Of a DNA stretch of 64,000 nt, positions 1-11,157 are shown in pieces. The translations under genes and the position numbers were made by a program. Numbering within the stretch: the first letter of the stretch is position 1; every line of letters starts with the position of its first letter. The notes under the pieces were generated by a model. That model was not told the origin of the DNA, made no database searches, and saw only the letters and a program-made list of their open reading frames with translations. The stretch is from Callorhinchus milii (lineage: Eukaryota), in NCBI RefSeq assembly GCF_018977255.1, contig NW_024704742.1, positions 110,796,001-110,860,000 of the forward strand, read 5' to 3'.

Positions 1-1280
1 TCATATTATTTAAAATAATGTACCGCTGCCCTCATGGTCGATTCCATGGCTATCTGAAGTTACTTAGTCAGTGTAAATAGTAATGTTCATAATCTTCTTT
101 ACACAAATTATCTTTTTAAATCACTAGAGTAGACAGTCGGTGTCTGCTGGCAGGATTGTGATTATCCTCATACAGATGATTCCTGATAAACATGCAACTA
201 TTTGTGTGCTTGGACCAAATAATGCTTGAATCCATATTTTTGGAAACTAAAGATAAAAGTGGCCAATTTGTTCATCTCGCTGTATCCTCAAAACTATAGT
301 TAATGTAAAAAAAATATTTTTTGAAATGTACGAGTGTCTGCTCGACAACAGGTTGAATCTAATGGGGGACCTAATACCAGAATAGCCTCCTTCTGTGCTG
401 AATACTATCGTTCTGCTTAAGGTTGAAGGTTGAATTCCCTTTTATTAAAAAAGATGACATCAGAAATTGTCTTAGTTAATCCATTCATTGTTTTCATCAT
501 TAGCATGAATGCACCTAATAATAACAATCTTTGCATTTAATAATAATCCTTGCATTTAATAAGAAAAATCCTTGCATTTGATATCACACCATCAAGACTT
601 CTCAAAGCACTTCACAGGATATATTGAAAGTAATGTGACTGTGTGTATTTTGTGGGCAAATAGGCAGCCAATTTATGCACAGCCATGGAGTGAAAGGCCA
701 ATTTTATTTGAGGAATTGTTGGTCAAGAAACTTTGTACAATTGGAGGCAGAGATTGAAAGACTAAAGTGGGACATGATCTAGGTTTTCTCAAATGATAAG
801 AGGCTAAGACGAGGTAGATGAGAGCTGGGCCAGATACATTTACAGTAAGAAAGAAGACCGAGGGAACGCAGGATTAAAATTAACAAGCCTCAAACAAGAA
901 AATATTTTCTCACTGAGTAACAGATATTGTCAAGCTGATATTAGTTAGTTAAGAAGTTAGTTGAAGGAGTTGGTTGAGTGCTGGTGGCTGTTGTTTGGGG
1001 AGAGCAGCAGGCTTGATAATGGAGATGTGAGGATAGATAAATCTTCTGGGATCTCTGCTTGATTCTTTATGGATGAGAGTATTTATGCATATATTTTCCT
1101 TGGAGATTAAAGGGTGGTGGAATCAATTACAGGATTCACAGTCCACAGGCTACGTCAGGATAAGACTTGATCAACCAAGTGATTCCCCCCAAAACTTGCA
1201 AATAAACATGAAGTAAAAATAAATGAATTTGGGCTAGTCATACAGTTTTCTGTATTTTCAATGTTCTTTCGTTTCTCCAG

Positions 1281-1327
1281 GTGTGGTAATGGAGGCTACA
1301 ACAACATGCTGGTACCTTACCCACAAG
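1281..1327 (+). CDS. Penultimate coding exon of an unidentified + strand gene (xCGNGGYNNMLVPYPQ[V])
   Basis: Pyrimidine-rich acceptor tctttcgtttctccAG precedes 1281 and donor AAG|GTcaat (weak) lies at 1328. The 47 bp (1+45+1) are open, and the final G joins TG at 2919 to give an in-frame Val codon. Confidence 0.6.
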
Positions 1328-1339
1328 GTCAATCTTAAT

Positions 1340-1620
1340 TTGTGAATATAGACAGGGAATGCTAGCATTTACAGCTAAGACTAAGCATCTCTTAATTGAA
1401 AGTTTGCACAAACATGTGCATTCTAGCAGGGATCACTGTATGGAAATTAGGAGCAAAACTGACTGCTTTTTCCTTTCTCTAACTCAGAGATGCTGAGACC
1501 AATTATTGTATCCTATGCTGGCGTAGCTGACGTTATCTAATTCAATTCAAAACAGAGATCGATCAACCGTGGAGCTTTCTGGAACATATGGCTCAGTACC
1601 ATAACACACAGTTAGTTTAT
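1340..1620 (-). mobile_element. Old SINE-like interspersed repeat (degraded)
   Basis: The reverse complement reads ggtactgagccata...aattggtctcagcatctctgagttagagaaaggaaaaaagcagtcag...cagtgatccctgctagaa, resembling a repeat I recall from chondrichthyan genomes. Related fragments occur near 39000 and 46320. Confidence 0.45.
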
Positions 1621-1649
1621 TAATATATTTAAAAAATTATAATTATCAT

Positions 1650-2020
1650 TGCACTTGATAATAATGCCTTATCATGACATGACAATATGTCAAAGCACTT
1701 CATATAATTTATTATAAAATGTAGTGAGTATGCTTTTGCAGGCACACGTGACAGTCAATTTCACACACCGCAATATCTCATAAACAATCTTGAAGTGAAT
1801 GAACAATTTTATTTGGAGAATGGTTGATAAGGCACCAGGAGAAACTCTTTCTCTTTTCGAGCAGTGTCATAGAATCTTCAACATCCCCAGAACAGGCAGA
1901 CAGGGAGCTTGATTTAATATCTCTCCTGAAGCATAGCACCTCTCACAATGCAGCACTCCCCAGCATTGCAGTGGAGCATCAACATGGACTATGATGCTCC
2001 CTGGAGTGACTATTTAAACT
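1650..2020 (-). mobile_element. Deu-domain SINE (SacSINE1/AmnSINE1-like), degraded
   Basis: Similar in reverse complement to the copy at 33946-34370 (caccaggagaaactc, gcacctctcacaatgcagcactccc), with an L2-type tail. Confidence 0.7.
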
Positions 2021-2918
2021 TAAAATGAAGACTGAAAAAAAAACATTGGAATAATAATGAGAATAAATTTACTGCTAAACTTATGCCAATACAATGTATT
2101 TTTGTAACAATTGTAAATGCAAATAAAATGTTTTAAAACATCATTTTGCTTTGTTACATTATTTCTTCTTCCTTGTTCTCTTCTGTGCCATTTTAAGCTT
2201 AAATTGCATTATTTATTGTTTAAATATTGTATCCTACTGTAAACGTTTATGTTACTATAAGTTTAAATAAGTTCATCATCTGTTCTCCTGTACCTCCTGT
2301 GATTTCTTTGCTATATATAGCTCTATATCATCCAAGTTTAAAGCAGTTTCTTATTGGATTAAAAAGACAGACTGTTTTCTAGATGTAGTGGGAGACTGAA
2401 CAGTATAACTTCACCTGGTTATATCAATGGAGAGACACACTAAACTATTTGATTGAAGCCATGCAGACTTTCAGAGCACTTAATCGGCCTGATCCCCCGA
2501 CAAGATAAATAATCAGCACCAGCCCAAGAGCACTGCTGATACAAGTTAGCTCATCATTGTTACTCCACGGTTTAGCTACCTGGTAATATGTTGAACCTTT
2601 GATCAGCATTTTTCATTTAAGTACTATCCTTGGATCAACACTTCCATACATCAGGAGCAAACCGGCATGGTTCAGTAAAGAACCTATAATAGATGGATAG
2701 GGAAGTTTTACATGTAACACATTCAAGGAGTTAAAATGATGCTGTTAAAGTCAAGAGCAAAAGCTTGAGCAATTGATCAACACTATCTCAGCCCTGACAT
2801 GTTTATGTCCTAGAAATACTGTACTCTCAAATTCAATGTCACATATTCCAGAGGGGTTCATGATGGGGTAAAAGAAGAAAAAAAGTTACAATAATTTATT
2901 TTTAAACATTTTTTCCAG

Positions 2919-3109
2919 TGGCAAACCTTGTCAATCGAGACAGGCTGGCTCCTGGATTAAATAATGTGATTTTAATTGAGGCAATACCAGGATCTGTTCC
3001 AATGTCTGTTAAGGAAAATGCATGCTACATATCCTATATGTATTTTATTGGCATTCCATGCTTGGCTCAGAATTATACTGGGACCGTGAGCACATTTGTC
3101 TGGAGTTGA
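2919..3109 (+). CDS. Terminal coding exon of the same + strand gene (VANLVNRDRLAPGLNNVILIEAIPGSVPMSVKENACYISYMYFIGIPCLAQNYTGTVSTFVWS*)
   Basis: Strong acceptor aacattttttccAG ends at 2918, the frame is open to TGA at 3107-3109, and the phase matches exon 1281-1327. The composition looks like a globular protein. Product not recognised. Confidence 0.7.
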
Positions 3110-5224
3110 CTCTGTACATAAGTGAATTTGATACAGAATATTGTATAATAGGGTACACTTGATCATAATTCTTGAAATTATACTCACACCCTGAAACTGC
3201 CTGCAAACCCACACACTGTCCTGAAAATATCTTGGCAGCTCTGAGAGTTTTTAAGCATGAATAGCAAATCAGATGGGATTTTACACAGTGCTTGAAGGGT
3301 TCCATTAAGGTCAGTAAAACAATTCATGCCTGGAACTACCATGACAGCATTAGTAACACATCATGACCTCTCACCTCAGGTGATAGAGTACACAGGTCAA
3401 AATCAACAATACATACTTATAGCCGATCATGGCAGTCAGTTATTGATCTGTGGAGAAAAAACTTTGCAGGAAAACATTACTCTGAATTACAAACATGCAT
3501 TCTCTGGAGATCCAGCTTTTCTCCCCTGGAAGTGAAAACCAACGCGCAGGTTCAGCCAGTGTTTAATATCAAGTGAATGTGGTGTTTAATCAATACTATT
3601 CTGCCTTTGTTCCATGATGTGGAAAGCAGTGTCTATTCATTCAGCAAAGGTTAATGCCAGGGGTCAAGTGATTTCACACTCTCTGTGGGATCCAGAACAG
3701 TTCAGCGGTTCAGATGTCTAGGACAATGATGACTCAGTTGGGCTGATTTATTACTTCTCCAAGGCCCTGCTTGCACTGAAGTGCTACCTTATGGTAATAC
3801 CTCAGAAAATAGGACTGATAAAGACAGAGGTAGTAATTACCCCCAATTTTGGACAGTGGTTTTATTCCCACCACTTGCTTTTCAACCAGCCTTTTAGTAG
3901 CAAGGGAGTTAACAGGAGGAAAAATGTCCTTATGTTGAAATATAGGCTGTCTTAAAAAAAACAGCATAAGCGAAAGGTCATCACTTCAACACATTTAACA
4001 TACTCAAGGTATTAATGCAATGGTGTTGCTCGAATTTTTCTTGACTACATCTTATTCGGGTTTGTTTTTCACATGAAAAGGGTGGATAAGTCATAAAGAG
4101 CATAATACAGTGAGAAGAATTAATTGGAAAGTTCATCACATTAAAATTATATTTTATAGTCCTGCTATCCCTCACGCATTGCAGGATGAAGAACTGAACG
4201 GTAAATAATTGATGAGTTGGGATAAATTCCACAAATTTGACAGAAACCATCTTGTCATAATGTGTGGGAGAGATTCGTAACAATATATGAATTACATTTT
4301 GCCTCTTACATTTGCAATATCTTTTCTTTCTTTTTGGATCTTCATCTTTTTTCGTCTTCCGAGAACATATTTGTAAAAATTACAGAACCTCACACAGTAT
4401 AAATGAAGACATTCCACCACATTCTTAATCTTGCAGGCTTCAAAAATTCATAATTAGTTTAAAACACTTCAAGATAGATTTTGTTAAAATAATTATATTG
4501 TAGATTATTTTCACGTGAGCGAGCTGAAATAACCTAGTTCTTAAGCTTAAGAGAAATCATTTATCTCTTTGAAATCTCATTAGCTCTGTTTATGAACCAG
4601 GTTTTCCTATTACAGGTACATTTATTAGATGTAGCACTGGGATGCCTCACTGATATCTTATGGATTTGATGACCATAACCAAACATTTGATGTAACCAAA
4701 CATTTTGTATTTAAGTTACTGGAATTCTGTTTATACTTTCAGCTCTGTAAATATTACGTTCACTGTCCAAGTTAGCTCAGTCAGATATGGGACCTGAAAA
4801 TTCCTTAGTTCAAATCCCAAGGGCTTCATTCATCTTTTCAAGGTCAATAAAGTGAGTATGAATAAAAATATCTGAGGGACGAGGAAATAAGTGGCTTCTC
4901 TCTGGGACTGAAATGGTTGGAAGGAGGCATTCCTGGCAAAGGTCTCCAAGCCAGAGTTGTAGTGATAGCTAGTCCTCAATCCTGGGAATGAGCCTTAACA
5001 ATTAAGGTATTTCCATCAATTCCTATATACTGCCGTTCTACAAGTTATTAAAATCATTTTCACAACATATGCAATTGCTCTAAATATTCAGATTTAATCC
5101 ACGAGATATTCAAATCAGGCATTTCTAATAACTTCAAGGTCAATTTGCTAGGAGTTATAGCTTTATCTACAAATGTACATGACCAATTCCTAGGGCTGCA
5201 ACTATTGAAAATCCTTAGAAATAG

Positions 5225-5400
5225 TGCAATAAGTTAGCATGCTATCTTTTGCCTCCAGGATATGGGTCTGACCTCAATCCAAGCACACTCTGGTGGTTGT
5301 AAGGATCATAAATTAAATTGATTTGGACAACCTCAATTGGATTTCTAGTGGGTACAAGTCCAAAATACAAAACTACCAATAATTTAGGAGTAATTGGGTG
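5225..5400 (+). mobile_element. LF-SINE-like relic
   Basis: ttgatttggacaacctcaattggatttctagtgggtacaagtccaaaatacaaaactaccaataatttaggagtaattgg resembles the LF-SINE central region as I recall it (ctcagtccagttcctagtgg...acaaaaccacc...ttggcactaattgg). Confidence 0.45.
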
Positions 5401-7337
5401 ATTTGACTAAGAAGAGCTGCAAAATGACTGCAGGAATGGTGAGTATTTTATATTGTGAAAGTACCTTGATAAGCCATTTTAGGCTTATGATTATAGAACT
5501 TCAGTTATTCCAGGTTTCTGGTGCAGTATTTTTGGGCCGAAATGTGCCACCATCGAAAAAAAAAGGTAAGATTTTTGGACAAGGTTCTGCCAGTGCTTGT
5601 GAACACTGATGTGGAGTGAAGCCAGGATATCTGTGGTGTCCCTCTAGCATGCAAAGAAGACAGGAAATGTGGCAATATTTGGAAGATAGAAAACAGCATA
5701 AATTCTGCCTTTGCAATTCAAAGGATCTAGAAAGAGATTGAGAAGAAACTGCAGGATGTACAGAATAATACCACCGTAAAGTATTAATATTGATATACAA
5801 CAGGATCACATGATACATTATATGAAGTTCACATAAATGTACATGAATAGATATGCACTGATGAATCACAATGGTTGTATAAATACAGAATAGTAGTATA
5901 CTGCAACTCTCAAATGGATGGTCTACTCTCTACACAGTGAATCAACTATTTCATGGCACACACCTTGTCCAAAAGACAACCCTCACCAGCTCTTGAAGTT
6001 GATATTGTTGTGGAAGCATGAATTATACACAAGGCACAGTGAGGATTGGGGCAGAGGATGAAGAGAGGCCAGCTAGTACAAATCGGCAGTGGGACCCAAT
6101 TAAGGTGCATGGGAATACATTGCGGTCTTACTTTTTTAAAAAAACAGGACAGGAAGAGCTTTGTTGTGGAATTGCTTTCTGCCATTCAGAAGGCATTGGA
6201 AGTTGGTCTTGGTAATGTGGAGTATTTAAATATGTTGTGTTATCTCCCACATGACCAATGAAATGGACACCAATTTTTTGTACTGTAGTCTGCATTGCAA
6301 ATATGGAAACAACAATGGCACCTGCATTTACTCACTTATTTAAGCCATAGCAATTCTAATGAACACTTCCACTGCTGTTAATAGAGGTATCGGTGTCCAA
6401 CATTCGAAGTATAGTCATAGCAAGCTTCAACCCACTTGCTGTGCCCTTCAATGCAATGTTTAACTTATGAATACCATTACAATCTGCATGTAAAATTACA
6501 TTTTAGATTGGCGACATTTCTGTGAAGGCTCTTATCCTGAACAAGTAACCATACAAGCCACATATAGGGGCATTGACAGCCCTCAGGGACCCCGAATACT
6601 TTAGCTAAGCAATCTGAGTTAGTCACAAACACAGACAATAGGCTCTCTGTGATCCATGTGATTTTGAGATTGGTTTTGCAGCTATGCGTCATTGTTGTTC
6701 TTCAACTCAGGGAGCATGTAGTGTGTTACTTAATGGCCATATTATTTAGTGTGTTACTTAATGGCCAGAAACATCATGATGGGTACACATTGATTTTTAT
6801 TGCAATATCCTGGAATGTGTCAAATGAGCCAAGTTGTACCAAAGCATTGACTTTGTAGAGGCACTAACATAACAGAATATTAAAAGCTTTATTATCCCCA
6901 TCACATTTTTTATTCATTCTGAGATTAATTAATTTAAGCGCTTTGAAATGTCCTTAAGATGTGAAAGGCATTATATAAATGTAAATTGTTTTGTATTGAA
7001 GCTATCAAAGTGTCCTATGAATCTCAGTTATGTTGTGTCAATATAAAATCAAATCTTAGAGGTTGCTTATTGCCGATAAGCAACTTGCTCTAAACACTTG
7101 CTTTGTACTTGTCATTTTGTTCACTGTAAAAAAATTGCTTTGATCTGACTCTGTGTGAATTTCTGGCAAGCATTTTTTTCCAGCACCAGATTGTATTTTT
7201 TGGGTATAAATAACTTTCTGGAAAAAGCCAAAAGTTAACGATATCTGTCATCATAAATGCATGCGAATAACAAACATGAAGGTTTGCCAAAGATAATTAG
7301 CCTGATAGACATTTCATCTGATACATCAACAAATTTG

Positions 7338-8105
7338 ATGTCAGGCTAGCTCAGATAGAAGCACTCTCATCTCTGAGTCAGTAGGTTGTTGGGGCTTTGA
7401 ACTCACAGTCTAGGCTGGAATTCAAATGCAGTGCTGAGGGAGCGTAGCATTGCCAAAGATGCTGACCTTGGTAAAACCAACATCCCAGCTGCCTGCTCAG
7501 GTGGACGTCAAAGATTCAGCACATGAATGAAAAAAACAAAGGAGTTTCTCCTGGTGTCCTGGCCTTACATTTCATGGCTGTTTGTGGGACATTGGCTGCT
7601 GAGTTCACCTGCAAAATACAGTCACTGCACTTTACAATAAATCCTGTGAAGTGCTTGAGATGTTTGTTGACATGATAAAATCCTATAATATTAATCCCTG
7701 CATTTGATATAGTGCCTTGCCACATCGTCAAGACATCTCAAAGCATTTCATAGGGCATACTGTGTACTTTGTGGGCAAAACGTGGCAGCCAGTTGCACAA
7801 CGATGAACAATGTCCCAAAAAACAGCAGAAGAGAGAGCGACCTATTTTATTTCGGAGATTGTTGGACAGGACACCGGGAGAAACTTCCTTCTCTTTTTGA
7901 ATCATGCCATGGGACCTTTAATGTCCACCTGAACAGGTAGACGGGACATCAGTTAGCATCTCATCTGAAGGACCTCCAACAATGCAACATACCCCCAACG
8001 CTGCAATGGAGTGTCAGCTTAGACTGTGTGATTTCAAGTCCCGACGTGGGGCTTGAACCAACAACCTTCTGACTCAGAGGCGAGGGTGCTACCATTGAAC
8101 CATGT
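7338..8105. mobile_element. Two Deu-domain SINEs joined tail-to-tail (+ about 7338-7690, - about 7690-8105)
   Basis: The tRNA-like head tgtcaggctagctcag...ctctgagtcagtaggttgt is at 7339 and its reverse complement is at 8045-8100. Both copies carry the ggctgtttgtggga...ggctgc block and L2-type tails. Confidence 0.75.
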
Positions 8106-8947
8106 ATCAAATGCAGGAATTATTATTATTTTATGTAAAAGAAGTTTGAACTTCCTGCACACATTAATGGCACTCAGCTAGAACTTGGGAAATGTCTGCA
8201 TTATTGGCTGTGAAAACTGGATTTTACCTTTCAGTTGTAACCACACAGATTATCAGTATGACAACTGGTAAATTTCACGGTGCTTGTCCAGTTGGAACTG
8301 CCTTATCCATTATGTCTTTGGCTCACAGGCTTGAAAAAATGTCTACAATGTCAAGTCTAATTGACAAGTCAGACAGGCCAGTCAATCATCAACAATTCTT
8401 TGGATTCGTGCAGACCTGTCTGGTTTTGCAGAACATGTCTCGTCACTGAGAGTTGAATCCCACACAGAACCAGATTTATCTCCACCCTCCCCCTCCCTCA
8501 CAGGAGTATTTTTCAGACATGGTAATCATGGTATCATATATTGTGAAGGACTGAGTGAACCATTGTGACATTCCATTCCAAAATGACCTGGTTTCAGGCA
8601 GCATCCCATTATAAACCTCACACCAAAGTGGAGAATAGGATGCTTCACCCACCAAGGTCCAAAAATTTAGCAGCAAATGGAAAATCAACGCTATTGATTT
8701 CTGGAATAGGTTGTCACACAGTACAGTAAATCATGATACGGTTGAAGCTTTGAAAGGGATTGGGATCGGGATTTGATTCAGAGCAACAAGAGTAGAAGGA
8801 TCTGAAAAAGTATGAAATAGATGCAAAATAGTCACATCAGATCCTGCATGACAGAAAAAAATTGGTTAAGCTGAATGCTGTTGACTGTTCCAATGTTCTT
8901 AAAATTACATGGAGTTATCAAGTCACATTTGCAACCAGTTACAAAAG

Positions 8948-9528
8948 TGTTATGTTTAAAATATATGCTGTATAATCCCATAGTAGTTAAAACAGTCCCA
9001 GAGTAAATACAATCAAAGCAGATGTAAGATGTTACTTGTAAAAGCTGTTATCACTCTTATGAGTAAGTTTGTTGATTGACGAATAATAAGGAAGGTACGG
9101 GATGCTGATTATGGAGAAGGAATGTGGTATTCAGAGACCTTGGCTACACAAGAGTGGGAAGATATGCGGGCAGCCGAGTCTGAACAACAGAACCAAGGTC
9201 GCAGTGCGGAGTGCAAAGCAGAAGGATGAGTGGGAAACAGGAAGCGGCTGTGTCCTGCACGAAGAAGAACCTTATATGGAGGACAATGGGACACTTAATT
9301 ATAAATAAGGGTGAGACTGGAACTTTGGACTTGTCTTCGTTCGTGGGTTAATAGCTGTGAACGTGCTGACCATAGAAGGGAAGTCCTCCAGTCATCTGGT
9401 AGTATTGTTTCATTACGCGTCTTTTACTATTGCTGTTACTCAGGTTGCCCAGCAGGGAAACTGACTTATGAGCTTTTTATATTAAATAGAATTAGACTTT
9501 AGCTTTTGTCTAGTCTGAATTCTTTACA
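8948..9528 (+). mobile_element. Candidate solo LTR (Gypsy or ERV type)
   Basis: Starts TGTTA and ends TTACA, with a 4-bp direct repeat AAAG on both sides (8944-8947, 9529-9532). TATAAATA at 9300 and ATTAAA at 9481 are in U3-R-U5 order, and CpG content is higher than in the flanks. Confidence 0.5.
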
Positions 9529-9714
9529 AAAGGTCAAAGTTATATGTAAAAAAATAAACACATTTCTGCTGGACTTTTAACACAGAATTTCTCCTCTGAT
9601 TTTCATATGGATTTAATTTGGTTCAAGCAAAAGTATTCCTGGGTTATTTTTAAAATATGAAAACCTAAAAGCCTGATAATTCCATTTTAGCTTTTTAAGA
9701 TGTGTATTCTTAAC

Positions 9715-9945
9715 TTGCACCTTATTCCACATAATGTCAATGGGGAGGAAGGTGACCAAAGGCGCGGTCGAAAAGAAAGGTCTTCAGCCAAGACCTGAAA
9801 ATGGGAAGGGAGGGAGCGAGACGAAGGGAGTGAGGAAGACAGTTCCAGAGCCTCGGGGCATAGTGGCTGAAGGCACAGCCACCGAGGGTGGACTGGAGTA
9901 CTTGGGGGATGAGGAGGAGGCCAGACCCGGAGGAACGAAGGCAAC
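9715..9945 (-). mobile_element. L2 LINE 3' fragment
   Basis: Matches the RT C-terminus and 3' UTR of the L2 at 49167-50343 (gttccagagcctcggggcatagtggctgaaggc). Confidence 0.8.
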
Positions 9946-10777
9946 GGGTACTGTTTTGATGTTTTAAGATGTTTCACTTAGAGGTTATCAGAGGTTGACA
10001 GCAGCGAGTGCTAAAGTAATTTCTGTGCTCCAATTATCAGTTGCCTAAGAATTTTCTTCCCTTAGTAATTAATAATAATAATATTAATCCTTGCATTTGA
10101 TATAGCACCTTATCATGTCATTGATACGTCTCAAAGCGCTTCACAGAACATACTATAAAGTGGATTTACTGTATATTTTGTTGGCAGCCAATTGCGCACA
10201 GTAGTGCCTCACAAACAGTCGTTTAAATTTAAAGTACTGCATGGTTCAAGCTGGATTTATCCTTGGAATTTTATGTTCTTTCTGCCATAGACAATTTTGA
10301 TGGTACAATGTTTGTTCCTGTTGTTATTGGTGTTGTTAAATAAAGTGAAAATAATGATGTGTAATGTACCAATGATCACTGCTGATAATGATCACTAACT
10401 GATAAATGTGCGCAATGATGCCAGTCATTAACTTAAGGATAGTGTGACCTCTCCTTCACCCACTTCGTAACTCCATCATAATGGTTGGGCCCAATCCTTC
10501 TCTGCCACCATTGAACTTGCAACATTGGAGAACAAGAGCAGTGTAGTGATACACCTCCTTAATTCAATCAAATAAGTTCAGTATTAAGTCAGCATCCATG
10601 AACTGGGATGGTAAGTCCTCAAGCGACAAGTCCAATAGTAGAATGAGCCTGAATGTTGAATTTTATGAAAGGAAATTTTAGGACAGACACCAACAGGAAT
10701 TAACTCTTCACACCAGAAGATATTTAACAAGATCACAAGATCGGTTTGGATGAAGAAGGGCCTTCAGCCCATTCCAC

Positions 10778-11157
10778 AATAATAATAATAATAATTCTTG
10801 CATTTGAGATAGCACCTTATCACACCTTCGAGATGTCTCAAAGCGCTTCACAAATTATGCTGTAAAGTGAATTGACTGTGTATTTTGTGGACAAAAGGCG
10901 GCAGCCAATTGTGCACTGCAGTGTCCCACAAACAGTCGTGGATTTAGTGGCCAAATTATTTACGTTTTTTGAAGGGATTATTATCCCTGGAAAAGTGATC
11001 CACCAATCAATTAACAACTGGGTTCCTACGCACTTCTAGGTAAACAGAGACTTGTGGAGTAAAGAAACTTGCCTAAGGTTTTGCCCTGCCTGGATATCGA
11101 ACCCATGTCCTCTCGCTTTTCAGGCAACTGCTCTAACCACTAAGCTCCAGGACTCCA
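10778..11157 (-). mobile_element. tRNA-derived SINE, full length (young family, SINE2-1_CM-like)
   Basis: Head with A/B boxes (ggagcttagtggttagagc...gggttcgatatcc), then a gggcaagtt CORE-like block, a Deu-like block, an L2-type tail and (ATT)n. Confidence 0.85.

Noticed and set aside
3326..3535. 69-aa ORF just after the + gene stop
   Set aside because: No acceptor site or homology; probably 3' UTR.
3981..4380. About 130-codon minus-strand open frame
   Set aside because: No splice acceptor or convincing start and no recognisable family; it may overlap the 3' UTR of the + gene.
6718..6770. Short local tandem duplications (also about 4675-4705, 26805-26830, 45488-45520, 56990-57050)
   Set aside because: Two-copy slippage duplications with no further structure.
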